Source of the DNA: Nitrososphaerota archaeon
GTDB lineage: Archaea; Thermoproteota; Nitrososphaeria_A; Caldarchaeales; Caldarchaeaceae
DNA length: 64,000 nt
Reading direction: 5' to 3'
Assembly: GCA_041641305.1 (NCBI GenBank)
Contig: JBEPYN010000003.1
Span: forward strand, 26,841 to 90,840
Below the pieces are notes generated by a model, which was given only the letters and a program-made list of their open reading frames with translations, was not told the origin of the DNA and did no database searches. A program made the position numbers and the translations under genes. Shown here piece after piece: positions 25,653 to 34,643 of the stretch. Numbering within the stretch: position 1 is the stretch's first letter; each line of letters begins with the position of its first letter.

Positions 25653-26561
25653 TTGCTCAAAACGGTCGCGAAAATCTTCTCGTCTTTCATCGACACCGTT
25701 AAAACTGCGAAGCCTTCGTCCAAGGAGGTTGAGAATGTCTTGTCAGATTTTTACCTACAGCTTGTTGCGGCTGATGTGGCTGTGGAGACTGCCGACGCTA
25801 TTGTGAATAGCCTGAGGCATAGTTTATTGGAGATGGATGTTCCACGGTTTGGGGATAGGGAAACTGTGTTGAAGGAGGCTTTGAAAAAGTCGGTCACGTC
25901 TCTTATCAAGGTCGCTGATGTCGACCTTGTTCTGAAACGTGTTGACGAGGCTAGGAAACAGGGTAGGCCTACGGTTATTCTTTTCGTGGGCCCCAACGGC
26001 TCAGGTAAAACCACCACGGTTGTGAAAATCGCCCACTATCTGAGGAAGAGAGGGTACTCGGTGATTCTTGCTTCGGCAGACACCTTCAGAGCTGGTGCCA
26101 TCGAGCAGCTGGAGACTCTCGGGCAGCGGGCTGGTTTCATGGTTGTTAGCCAGGGCTATGGCGCAGACCCAGCGGCGGTCGCGGTTGATGCTTTGAACAA
26201 AGCCCTGAACATGCGTGTCAACGTGGTTTTAATCGATACAGCAGGGAGAACGGAGGTGGACCGTGGACTGCTCGAGGAGATGCGGAAGCTTAAACGGGTT
26301 GTTAAACCAGATTTCGTCATCTACACGGGTGATGCTTTGGCCGGAAACGCTGCTGTCCAGCAGGCGAAGATGTTTGATGAAGTGGTTGGCATCGACTATG
26401 TTATCCTATCCAAAGTGGACGCCGACGCTAAAGGCGGTTCAGCCATATCCATTTCTCATTCGACTGGAAAACCTCTTCTCTTCCTCGGCGTGGGGCAGGA
26501 GCTCGACGACCTCGTGGACAAGCCGGCGGAAAAGCTGCTCGAGGCGCTGGGGTTCGCCTAA
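25653..26561 (+). CDS. ftsY: Signal recognition particle receptor FtsY
   Basis: The NG domain has GPNGSGKTTT, DTFRAGA, DTAGR and SKVDADAKGG. It starts with TTG. Confidence 0.9.
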   Translation: MLKTVAKIFSSFIDTVKTAKPSSKEVENVLSDFYLQLVAADVAVETADAIVNSLRHSLLEMDVPRFGDRETVLKEALKKSVTSLIKVADVDLVLKRVDEARKQGRPTVILFVGPNGSGKTTTVVKIAHYLRKRGYSVILASADTFRAGAIEQLETLGQRAGFMVVSQGYGADPAAVAVDALNKALNMRVNVVLIDTAGRTEVDRGLLEEMRKLKRVVKPDFVIYTGDALAGNAAVQQAKMFDEVVGIDYVILSKVDADAKGGSAISISHSTGKPLLFLGVGQELDDLVDKPAEKLLEALGFA

Positions 26562-26594
26562 CGTTTATTTTAGAGGCCGTGGCCCTTATAGCAG

Positions 26595-27215
26595 ATGGAG
26601 ACTCTGAGGAAAATACTGCGTGTGAAAGAGGGGAAAGGGCCCTCGCCGACCTTCACCGAGCCCCAGCTCGCATACATGATTTTCCTGATAGGTTCGGAGC
26701 CTTATATCGGTCGTAAGAGGCTAAAGGAGCTTCTCCAACTGGGTGAAGGGTCTGTGAGAACCATGGTCTCGCGGCTTATGAAGATGGGGCTCGCCATCTC
26801 TACACGTAGCGGTGTCGCGTTGACTGACAAGGGGAGAGATGTTTACGAGAAGTTGAGGAAACGCGTCTCTCCTTTGAGGAAAGTCTTCTTCAAGATGCCG
26901 TGGGACGCTCCTGCGAACTATGGCGTCGTTGTGAAGGGCTTGGCTGATAGAATTTCCACGGGTGTTGAAGAGAGGGATGAGGCGGTGCGTCACGGTGCCT
27001 CTGCGGCTATGGTTTTGACCTTTCTCAGCGACGGTGTTCACATGCCACGTGTTAGCAATCTGAGCGTAGAGAGGCCCGAGTTCGCTGAACAGGTGAAGTC
27101 GTTTTTCAAACCAGATGTTGGAGACGTGATAATTATAGCTGGTGCAGAGGATGAGCCCAAGGCCATGTACTCGGCCCTTGCAGCAGCTCTGAAAATCCTG
27201 CTCGGAAAAAGATAA
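26595..27215 (+). CDS. Winged-HTH protein with an uncharacterised C-terminal domain (possibly DUF4443-like)
   Basis: 206 aa. The segment IGRKRLKELLQLGEGSVRTMVSRLMKMGL looks like a wHTH. The family assignment is from memory only. Confidence 0.35.
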   Translation: METLRKILRVKEGKGPSPTFTEPQLAYMIFLIGSEPYIGRKRLKELLQLGEGSVRTMVSRLMKMGLAISTRSGVALTDKGRDVYEKLRKRVSPLRKVFFKMPWDAPANYGVVVKGLADRISTGVEERDEAVRHGASAAMVLTFLSDGVHMPRVSNLSVERPEFAEQVKSFFKPDVGDVIIIAGAEDEPKAMYSALAAALKILLGKR

Positions 27216-27239
27216 AAACCCAGCCATTCTACGTCCCTT

Positions 27240-28538
27240 ATGACCAGAAGCTCAAGGATATCCGGTTTCTATACACTTAAGCCAGAGGATAGGCTTGAGG
27301 TTGTAGCCGAATTTGCCTCCCTCACCGAGGAGGAGAAGAAGCTGATTTCCTCATGCGGCCTCGACATCGCGACCGCGAGCAGAATGATTGAAAATGTGGT
27401 CGGTGTCTTCCCTTTACCCCTCGGTATAGCAGCCAACTTTCTCATCAACGGCCGAGATTATCTTGTTCCGATGGCTATTGAGGAGCCGTCTGTCGTGGCT
27501 GCTGCATCCAACGCGGCGAAAATGGCCCGCGAAGGCGGGGGGATTTTCTCTTTTCAGCCCAGCCAGCTCATGATTGGTCAGGTGCAGCTCGTCGAGGTTA
27601 GTAACCCGTATTTGGCTAAGATGGAGATTTTGAGGAATAGGGATGAGATTCTTGCACGTGCGAATGAGTGTGACCCCGTTTTGGTTAACTTGGGGGGAGG
27701 GGCAAAAGATGTGGAGGCGCGCGTTCTCGATACATCTTTGGGCCCGATGGTGGTTGTGCATCTTATCGTGGATGTCAAAGACGCTATGGGAGCTAACGCC
27801 GTAAACACCATGGCAGAAAATGTTGCACCTTTCCTCGCACGTCTATCGGGAGGCAAATTCCGCCTCCGCATAATCTCCAACCTCGCAGACAAACGTATCG
27901 CACGAGCTTACACAAAGATCCCCGCTGGAGCAGTTGGAGGCGTCGAGGTGGCCCACGGAATAGTGGAGGCCTATCATTTCGCCAAAGCCGACCCCTATAG
28001 AGCCGCCACACACAACAAAGGCATCATGAACGGCATAGACGCGGTGGCTATTGCCACGGGAAATGACTGGAGAGCCATCGAAGCGGGGGCCCATGCTTAC
28101 GCGGCGAGAAACGGGCGATACGAACCGTTGACAGTTTGGGAGCAGACACCAGACGGAGACCTATATGGCGCCATCGAGCTACCTCTCGCGGTAGGCATAG
28201 TGGGTGGAGCAGTAAGGACAAACCCCGTGGCTAAGACGTGTCTCAAAATTCTAGGCATCAAGTCGGCTCGCGAGCTTGCGGAGGTTATGGCGGCTGTCGG
28301 GCTTGTTCAGAACCTCGCGGCCCTTAGGGCGCTGGCGGCTGAGGGCATACAGGCAGGTCACATGAGCCTTCACGCCAAAAACATCGCCGTCATGGCGGGC
28401 GCGGTCGGTGAGGAAATAGACCTCGTAGCAGAGGAGATGGTTCGCCAGAAAACCATACGTGTCGACAAGGCTGAGGAAATTTTAGCTGAGCTTAGGAGCC
28501 GTCGCGGCCAAGTGCCCTCCGCCACTCCTCGGCGTTAA
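27240..28538 (+). CDS. hmgA: HMG-CoA reductase, class II type
   Basis: 432 aa. IENVVGVFPLPLGIAANFLINGRDYLVPMAIEEPSVVAAAS closely resembles class II (Pseudomonas mevalonii-type) enzymes. Confidence 0.85.
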   Translation: MTRSSRISGFYTLKPEDRLEVVAEFASLTEEEKKLISSCGLDIATASRMIENVVGVFPLPLGIAANFLINGRDYLVPMAIEEPSVVAAASNAAKMAREGGGIFSFQPSQLMIGQVQLVEVSNPYLAKMEILRNRDEILARANECDPVLVNLGGGAKDVEARVLDTSLGPMVVVHLIVDVKDAMGANAVNTMAENVAPFLARLSGGKFRLRIISNLADKRIARAYTKIPAGAVGGVEVAHGIVEAYHFAKADPYRAATHNKGIMNGIDAVAIATGNDWRAIEAGAHAYAARNGRYEPLTVWEQTPDGDLYGAIELPLAVGIVGGAVRTNPVAKTCLKILGIKSARELAEVMAAVGLVQNLAALRALAAEGIQAGHMSLHAKNIAVMAGAVGEEIDLVAEEMVRQKTIRVDKAEEILAELRSRRGQVPSATPRR

Positions 28539-28833
28539 ATCTCTTCTCCATCTTCTCCATCTCCTTCTCAAGAGCTTTTTCGAGGTCTACGCCAAACCTG
28601 TTAGCCAACTGGACAAACAGGGTTAGAGACTGTGCGAACTCGCTGTCGATGTCTTCTCCCGGCGTGGAATGGCCCAGCCCACTCCGCTTATAGCCCTCCT
28701 TCTCCAGAATAAACCGGCCAATCTCGGTTATCTCCTCGATGAGGTGGGCGTAGATAAGAGATTCTCTGAAACAGTCCCAGCCCCGCGCCCTCTCAAACTC
28801 CTCAACTTTTTTCTGAAGCTCGGCAAGCCTCAT
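28492..28833 (-). CDS. MazG-like nucleotide pyrophosphohydrolase domain protein
   Basis: 113 aa. The pattern LAELQKKVEEFERARGW...HLIEEITE...EFAQSLTLFVQLANRFGVDLE is typical of small MazG-type proteins. Confidence 0.6.
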   Translation of the reverse strand: MRLAELQKKVEEFERARGWDCFRESLIYAHLIEEITEIGRFILEKEGYKRSGLGHSTPGEDIDSEFAQSLTLFVQLANRFGVDLEKALEKEMEKMEKRFNAEEWRRALGRDGS

Positions 28834-28842
28834 ACCACAACC

Positions 28843-29130
28843 CTATAGAAAGAGCTGTATATGAGGTACGCCGTCGACGTAAATAACTGATTTTTCTGTT
28901 GCGTATCCGAACTTGACCGCGGCCTTGACCGCGTTCTCGCCCAGCAGGTTGATAATGGTGCCCATTTTGAAGTAATCTTCGAGGTCGGTGTCCACAACCA
29001 AGACACCTTTGTAAAAAGATTCCTGCACCTCCACGGATACACCTGTCGAGAGCCGCAGCCTTTTACCCAAGAGCGTCTCATCACATATGGCTATTACCAC
29101 TTCACCTGTTTTGGAGCGATGTGTCTTCAC
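28843..29130 (-). CDS. DUF424 family protein
   Basis: 95 aa (VIAICDETLLGK...) downstream of aIF2-beta, a recurrent archaeal neighbourhood. Confidence 0.6.
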   Translation of the reverse strand: MKTHRSKTGEVVIAICDETLLGKRLRLSTGVSVEVQESFYKGVLVVDTDLEDYFKMGTIINLLGENAVKAAVKFGYATEKSVIYVDGVPHIQLFL

Positions 29131-29218
29131 CCAGCATCGTCTGCCTTCAGCGGCGTTTGTGGACAGGTTCCCTCACTGATTAACAGTCGGATGATCACTA
29201 TATAGCCGTTGTGGCACG

Positions 29219-29653
29219 CTATACTCTTCTTACGGGGCTTTTGGCTCCGCAGGCATCGCAGACGAGGAACCTGAACCTCTTCTCGCTCACTATGCGAGTG
29301 TCTATGCCGTTGCAGACTGGGCAGCGGACAAATTCTTTGATGTAGAGGTTGATGAGTCGCTTGGCCTCTTCATGCGTAATCTTCCCCTGTATCACAAGCT
29401 TGTCATCCGACACGGCGCCTGCACGGCCAGTCTCTTTGAGCAGAAACCTCGCCAAATGGGCGGGCTCTCTGTTAAGCATCTTCGCCACCTGCCCGAGATT
29501 GGTGAAATACGTGTTCTTGGCATCTATGACTAGGTTGGGGGTTATATCGAGCACTCTGTCGCCGGCCGCGGCCGATGAGTCTCTCGTAACACGTGAGAGA
29601 ACGTTTTCGAGGAGCATTTCGTAGAATTCTTTGCTTCTCAGGTCGAGGGCCAT
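29219..29653 (-). CDS. eif2b: Translation initiation factor aIF2 beta subunit
   Basis: 144 aa with a C-terminal zinc ribbon, CPVCNGIDTRIV...LVCDACGA. Confidence 0.9.
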   Translation of the reverse strand: MALDLRSKEFYEMLLENVLSRVTRDSSAAAGDRVLDITPNLVIDAKNTYFTNLGQVAKMLNREPAHLARFLLKETGRAGAVSDDKLVIQGKITHEEAKRLINLYIKEFVRCPVCNGIDTRIVSEKRFRFLVCDACGAKSPVRRV

Positions 29654-29718
29654 ACCGGTTACTTTGGCGGTTTGCAGTTAAAAAGGATTAAAACCTGGTT
29701 CTCTGCTCTTGTTCAGGT

Positions 29719-31026
29719 TTGACTGAGCCTTTTCATGTGAAAGATTTGTCACTGGCTGAGACGGGGGCCAAACAAATAATGCTAGCGGAATCGATGATGC
29801 CTGTCCTCGCAGTGTTGAGGAGAAGGTACGCAGATGAAAAGCCCTTTGAGGGATTCAGGGTATCGATGTGTCTACATGTGACTAAGGAGACAGCGGTTCT
29901 TTGCCGTGTTCTTCGAGAGGGAGGTGCAAAAGTTGCCTTGTGCGCCTCGAACCCTCTAAGCACGCAGGATGATGTCGCCGCCGCGCTGGCTGTGGAAGGC
30001 TTCAACGTCTATGCTTTCAGAGGGATGTCGCCACAGGAATACTACCGAGCGATTGGAAACGCTCTGTCACATGGGCCTCAACTGCTGGTTGACGACGGAG
30101 CAGACCTCATCACATCCTTGCACAGACTCATGCACGGGATGGAGGATGAAAATTTGGAGGAGGTGAGAAAGGGGTTGGATGGAGCGGGTGTTCCCCGTGT
30201 TTTGGGTGCGACTGAGGAAACGACAACGGGTGTCACGAGGCTGAGGGCCCTTGATGAAGACGGGTTGCTCGCCTTCCCCATCATCGCTGTAAACGACGCA
30301 TTATCCAAGAGTCTCTTCGACAACCCGCTGGGAACGGGGCAGTCAGCCCTCGACGGGGTTTTGAGGGCCACGAACCTTCTGCTCGCCGGTAAAACAGTCG
30401 TCGTCGCTGGATTTGGGAGGGTCGGCTCCGGTATCGCTGAGAGAGCGAGAGGGATGGGGGCACGGGTTGTGGTCGTTGAACCTGACCCGATAAAAGCGCT
30501 TCAAGCATACATGAACGGCTTCACAGTTACATCCATGTCAAAAGCATCAGAGATAGGCGATGTCTTCATCACGGCAACAGGCAACATAGACGTGATCAGG
30601 GCCGAGCACTTCGAGAAAATGAAGGATGGCGCATTCCTCGCCAACGCAGGCCACATGGATGTGGAGATAAACAAACAAGATCTTCAACAGCTCGCTGTCT
30701 CCGTCGAAACTATCCGCGAAAACGTTAAGCTTTACCGGCTGAGAAACGGCCGCAAACTCTTCCTACTAGCTGAAGGAAGACTCGTGAACCTCGTCTGCGC
30801 AGAAGGCCACCCCTCGGAGGTCATGGACCTCTCCTTCTCACTACAGGCAGAATCTCTCCGCTACCTCATACAAAACGCTGAAAAACTCGGAAAACATGTC
30901 TACGCCGTCCCACGCGAAATAGACGAGGCGGTTGCGTCGCTAAAGCTCAGCGCTTTCGGCGTAGAGCTGGAGAAGCTCACTACACGGCAGCTTGAATACA
31001 TGAGGAGCTGGATAGCTGGAACTTGA
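29719..31026 (+). CDS. ahcY: Adenosylhomocysteinase
   Basis: 435 aa with a typical AhcY sequence, including the NAD-binding GFGRVGSG. It starts with TTG. Confidence 0.9.
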   Translation: MTEPFHVKDLSLAETGAKQIMLAESMMPVLAVLRRRYADEKPFEGFRVSMCLHVTKETAVLCRVLREGGAKVALCASNPLSTQDDVAAALAVEGFNVYAFRGMSPQEYYRAIGNALSHGPQLLVDDGADLITSLHRLMHGMEDENLEEVRKGLDGAGVPRVLGATEETTTGVTRLRALDEDGLLAFPIIAVNDALSKSLFDNPLGTGQSALDGVLRATNLLLAGKTVVVAGFGRVGSGIAERARGMGARVVVVEPDPIKALQAYMNGFTVTSMSKASEIGDVFITATGNIDVIRAEHFEKMKDGAFLANAGHMDVEINKQDLQQLAVSVETIRENVKLYRLRNGRKLFLLAEGRLVNLVCAEGHPSEVMDLSFSLQAESLRYLIQNAEKLGKHVYAVPREIDEAVASLKLSAFGVELEKLTTRQLEYMRSWIAGT

Positions 31027-31472
31027 GAAGAATCGGCCCACAAATCTATTTCCTCGAGCTTAAAACCGCTGGAGATGGTTTAGATGCTGTTCTACGTGAG
31101 TTAAGGCTTGTTGGTGAATCGGGTGGGGAACGTGTTTTCCGCGGCGACGAGAAAACAATTCTCCGCAGTTTCCTGAAATTCTGCAAGGATGTGGACATCC
31201 TCGTCACATGGGGCGGAGAATCATTTGCACTCCCTCTCTTAACAGCAAAAATCATCAAAAAGAAGCTTGACCCCGCCCCATTATATGAAACATATCATCT
31301 TGACCTGAAAACATTCTTTGAAAAAATTTTCTCCACCAGCGTATCGGATGTTTCGCAGGCAGCCTCTATTCTCGGGCTGAGGAAAAGAAAAGGGACGATG
31401 GAAAACATGAGAGCTGTTTTCATCGCTTTGCGTAGTGTTCTCCGTGTTACGAGGCCGGAGCTCGCTCTTTAG
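31023..31472 (+). CDS. RNase H-fold / DEDD exonuclease-like protein with degenerate catalytic motifs
   Basis: 149 aa. It reads IYFLELKTAG where Exo I (FxDxET) is expected and ILVTWGGESFALPLL where Exo II (NG..FD.P.L) is expected. YHLDLKTFF is Exo III-like. The TTG start overlaps the ahcY TGA. Confidence 0.4.
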   Translation: MRRIGPQIYFLELKTAGDGLDAVLRELRLVGESGGERVFRGDEKTILRSFLKFCKDVDILVTWGGESFALPLLTAKIIKKKLDPAPLYETYHLDLKTFFEKIFSTSVSDVSQAASILGLRKRKGTMENMRAVFIALRSVLRVTRPELAL

Positions 31473-32041
31473 TACCATTTGTTTTTTAGTCCTATGAGGT
31501 AGGCAAAGCTGTTTGTGGCTATGTGCATGAAGATTGTGAAGAGAAAGAGGGATGCGAGGGTTGCGTTATCCATCCAAGGTGGCAGTCCGTGGAAAAGATG
31601 TATTAGCAAAAGGGCTGAGGCGAGGAAACTTAGCTGGTCAAGCACGGGCGCGGGGCTACCTGTCTTCAGCCCCATACGCCTCTTAACAAAAGCACCGCCC
31701 ACATCTCCCAGCAAAGCCCCCAGAGAAAGTAGAAAAACCTCTAACAAGCCGAACAACCAACTCCAGAGAAACCTCATGACAAACCCAACCAGAAAACCGG
31801 CCAAAACACCTACAACAAATCCCTCAATGGTTTTACCATCACCAAAAATCCTACGACCATCGATAAACACGCGCCCACAGTCGATGGGCCTCGTTTTCCT
31901 CAAAACTTTCGTGGCAACAACCGGCGAAGCGTTAGCCACGTATGCGGGAAAAATGTATGCAAGCCCCATCAAGAAACTCGTCGCATCCATCAACGTCAAA
32001 AACCAGCGGCTTAAATTAAAGTTCATCAATTGTTTTTCCAA
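31469..32041 (-). CDS. carS: CDP-archaeol synthase (DUF46 family)
   Basis: 190 aa. FPAYVANASPVV...RPID.G..F.DGRRIFGDGKTIEGF and GAFVKRRMG match CarS. Confidence 0.75.
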   Translation of the reverse strand: MEKQLMNFNLSRWFLTLMDATSFLMGLAYIFPAYVANASPVVATKVLRKTRPIDCGRVFIDGRRIFGDGKTIEGFVVGVLAGFLVGFVMRFLWSWLFGLLEVFLLSLGALLGDVGGAFVKRRMGLKTGSPAPVLDQLSFLASALLLIHLFHGLPPWMDNATLASLFLFTIFMHIATNSFAYLIGLKNKWY

Positions 32042-32081
32042 GAGCGTTATATACAGGAGGGCCTAATCTGCTTTAGCCAAT

Positions 32082-33494
32082 ATGGTTGAACTCAGTCTCT
32101 ACAGCTACGGGCCACGAACCTCGGTTAGTTTCGACTGTAGAATCATCGATGTCGACCCAGACATTTTCATAGCTGTCGAGGGGGTTGGGACATTTGAGGG
32201 AGTTTCCGTCGAGAGGAAGATTCAGAGCCTCCTCTCGGCTGGCAAAGACCCTGCCAAGACGGCTGCCAAAGTCCACAGAGAATCTACTCAGAGAGGCCAT
32301 GCCTCAATCACAACCAGTCTCTCGCTTCAGCTTGAAGTGCGTGAATGTAGCCGCGCCCTCTCCATGCTGCTAGTCGCACCACCCTTCGGCTCATATCTGC
32401 AAGAATCACAGAGAAGAGCAATCGTAACACATTCATCAATCATAACACCACGGTTCACATCAGAACATCACAGGAGATTGTTCGAGGAAACGGCACACCG
32501 CCTCGTCGACGGCTACAAACAGCTCACCGAAAACGGAGTAACACTCGAGGACGCGCGCTACATCCTACCAATATGCACCAAAACATCGCTCTACATCAGC
32601 TGCACCCTCGAAACCTATGTAGCTTTTCTCCAGCTCGGCGATGAAGGGCTTAGACAATATTTGCCCCAAGAGGTTCACGAGTTTGCTGAAAAATTCCATT
32701 CTCTGGCGAAAAATGTCGCCCCGATAATGGTTGAAGCACGTCTCACGGTTAAACATCGGTTAGTAACCTACCCCTATCCTAACCCATTCAAACCATCTGA
32801 CCCGTTTTTCACGAAACTTCTTGAAGGGAGAGAACCTGATGAACCTTCGCTCCTCTCTCTGCAGAATCTCCTGACCGACAAGCTGCCTCAGGATGTTTTT
32901 GCTTCACGTTTGAAAGAAGTGGCTGACACAGTTAACCCGTTAATCAACGCCGTCACACTCGAGCCCCTCTCCCTCGTCGCATATCACCAAGCCATCAGAC
33001 ACCGCACCGTGCCAACAGCAGTCGAGTCAATATACACAGCAGCCGAAAGAGCTCTCAAGAACCATGAGAAAAACATCATAATCCCGCCCGATGTCAAAAC
33101 AAATCCACGAAACATGAAGCTTTTCGCAGAGCTATGCGGGGAGGCTCTCGAATGCTACGATAGGCTTGTCAGGGACAGCTGCAGATTAGGCGACGCCGTC
33201 CTTATTCTTCCACAGGCTCTGAGGCTCTATGCCGTGAGAGCGTATAATGGATTCAATTTGCTGTATCCCTCCGGGTTCGTGGCAACGCGAACATGCAGCT
33301 ACGCACAGTGGGAGGAACGGGGCATAGCCTACAAGATTCTCCACGAGGTTGTCAAGAAGGCTCCCGTGCTTGAGGCGATTATAGGTGAGAAGTGTCGACA
33401 GCTGGGTTACTGTCCTGAAAAGATGTGGTGTCCGATAATCCTAAAGTATCACAAATACTCTGATGAACTGCATCAGAGGATGCAGAGGTCTTGA
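32082..33494 (+). CDS. Tandem ThyX-fold protein (flavin-dependent thymidylate synthase-like, duplicated domain)
   Basis: 470 aa. The N-terminal half is ThyX-like (RGHASI...SRALSMLLVAPPFGSYLQESQRR...EDARYILP) but has APP in place of RHR. The C-terminal half retains RHR-x7-S (AIRHRTVPTAVES) and ...RTCSYAQWEERG. Confidence 0.6.
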   Translation: MVELSLYSYGPRTSVSFDCRIIDVDPDIFIAVEGVGTFEGVSVERKIQSLLSAGKDPAKTAAKVHRESTQRGHASITTSLSLQLEVRECSRALSMLLVAPPFGSYLQESQRRAIVTHSSIITPRFTSEHHRRLFEETAHRLVDGYKQLTENGVTLEDARYILPICTKTSLYISCTLETYVAFLQLGDEGLRQYLPQEVHEFAEKFHSLAKNVAPIMVEARLTVKHRLVTYPYPNPFKPSDPFFTKLLEGREPDEPSLLSLQNLLTDKLPQDVFASRLKEVADTVNPLINAVTLEPLSLVAYHQAIRHRTVPTAVESIYTAAERALKNHEKNIIIPPDVKTNPRNMKLFAELCGEALECYDRLVRDSCRLGDAVLILPQALRLYAVRAYNGFNLLYPSGFVATRTCSYAQWEERGIAYKILHEVVKKAPVLEAIIGEKCRQLGYCPEKMWCPIILKYHKYSDELHQRMQRS

Positions 33495-33961
33495 GCAGAG
33501 AACGTTTGAAGAAAATTGAGATAAGCGGCCCCGGCATCAACTTCGACTACGCCCATTTTCTACCCAGCTCACCAAAGTGCAGCGTCCTACACGGCCACTC
33601 TTCAACAGTTTCCGTAACGGTAGTTGGCCGGGTGGTCGACGGCGTGGTTGTTGAGTTTGGCGAACTCAAAAAAGTGGTTAAGAAAGTCGTTGACGGGATG
33701 GACCATAAACTCATCGTATGCAGAAAATACCTTACACACTTGGAAGATGGTAAGGTCAAGGTTGCTTTCGACGGCATAGGGGGCCATTATGAATTCATAC
33801 TTCCAATCAACTCGGTCTACGTCATAGAATCCGATTCAACGGTTGAGAACATTTCCGAACATATTGCGGTGAGGCTTAGGGAGTTGCTGCCTCCGAATGT
33901 CCAGAGAATACATGTCAGGATGAGTGAGGGATTCGGAAAATACGCCACCTCGTCGATATGA
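33491..33961 (+). CDS. queD: 6-carboxy-5,6,7,8-tetrahydropterin synthase (QueD / PTPS family)
   Basis: FDYAHFL...KCSVLHGHS carries the CxxxHGH signature. The TTG start overlaps the upstream TGA. Confidence 0.8.
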   Translation: MSRERLKKIEISGPGINFDYAHFLPSSPKCSVLHGHSSTVSVTVVGRVVDGVVVEFGELKKVVKKVVDGMDHKLIVCRKYLTHLEDGKVKVAFDGIGGHYEFILPINSVYVIESDSTVENISEHIAVRLRELLPPNVQRIHVRMSEGFGKYATSSI

Positions 33962-34608
33962 AGGTTGTGGCGCTTGTTTCCGGCGGCCTCGACTCCACAG
34001 TTATGCTGTGGAAGCTGCGCAGCGAGGGGCATTCTATTGTGCCCTTGACTTTGCTGACTTTTCGGAGAAACCCTAGGGAGATCGAGGCGGCCAAGAAAAT
34101 CTCGGTAGTTGCGAGTGGCCGCGAGCCTATTGTGTATGACGTGAGCTTTCTCCGCGAGTTGTTTGACTATCCGCAGCACATCAAGGAGCGGGTGTTCCAA
34201 CAGTTTCCCACCCTGCCCAACATCGTCATCCCCTATCGTAACATCATCTTCTACTCGGTCGCGGCGTACGTGGCTTGCCTCGAAGAGGCTGATGCAATAG
34301 CTGGTGGCCACACCCGCGAAGATGTAGAGCGCATACCCGACGTCGGAAAAGAGTTTTTCACCGAGCTGGAGAACATCCTCAACAAGTACACACCGTTTCA
34401 CAGGATCAAAATTTTGACACCCGTTGCCGGTCTCATGAAAGCTGAGATAATTAGGCTAGGCATTGAACTCGGTGCCCCGCTCCAGGAAACGTGGAGCTGT
34501 TGGTCAGTTTTTGAGAAACATTGCGGCAAATGCCCCGGCTGCGTATCGAGGAGGGAGGTTTTCAAATCCGTTGGGCTCGAGGACCGGACCGAGTATCTGG
34601 AGGGATAG
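33958..34608 (+). CDS. queC: 7-cyano-7-deazaguanine synthase
   Basis: It has the PP-loop VALVSGGLDS and the C-terminal Zn cluster CWSVFEKHCGKCPGCVSR. It overlaps queD by ATGA. Confidence 0.85.
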   Translation: MKVVALVSGGLDSTVMLWKLRSEGHSIVPLTLLTFRRNPREIEAAKKISVVASGREPIVYDVSFLRELFDYPQHIKERVFQQFPTLPNIVIPYRNIIFYSVAAYVACLEEADAIAGGHTREDVERIPDVGKEFFTELENILNKYTPFHRIKILTPVAGLMKAEIIRLGIELGAPLQETWSCWSVFEKHCGKCPGCVSRREVFKSVGLEDRTEYLEG

Positions 34609-34643
34609 CGTTTTTAGCTACATTTTTTAGCCATGCCTGGGGG

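Noticed and set aside
29131-29218. Possible C/D box sRNA between aIF2-beta and DUF424 (minus strand GTGATCA ... CTGA, about 53 nt).
   Set aside because: The C box has a mismatch, the D' and C' boxes are not convincing, and the guide spacing (about 12 nt) does not fit. The region more likely holds the DUF424 promoter (CTATATAG) and a 5' UTR.
32065-32075. A single TTAGCC half-site upstream of the ThyX-like gene, as a possible second copy of the metal-operon operator.
   Set aside because: It is a lone hexamer without a palindromic partner. Dozens of such 6-mers are expected by chance in 64 kb.
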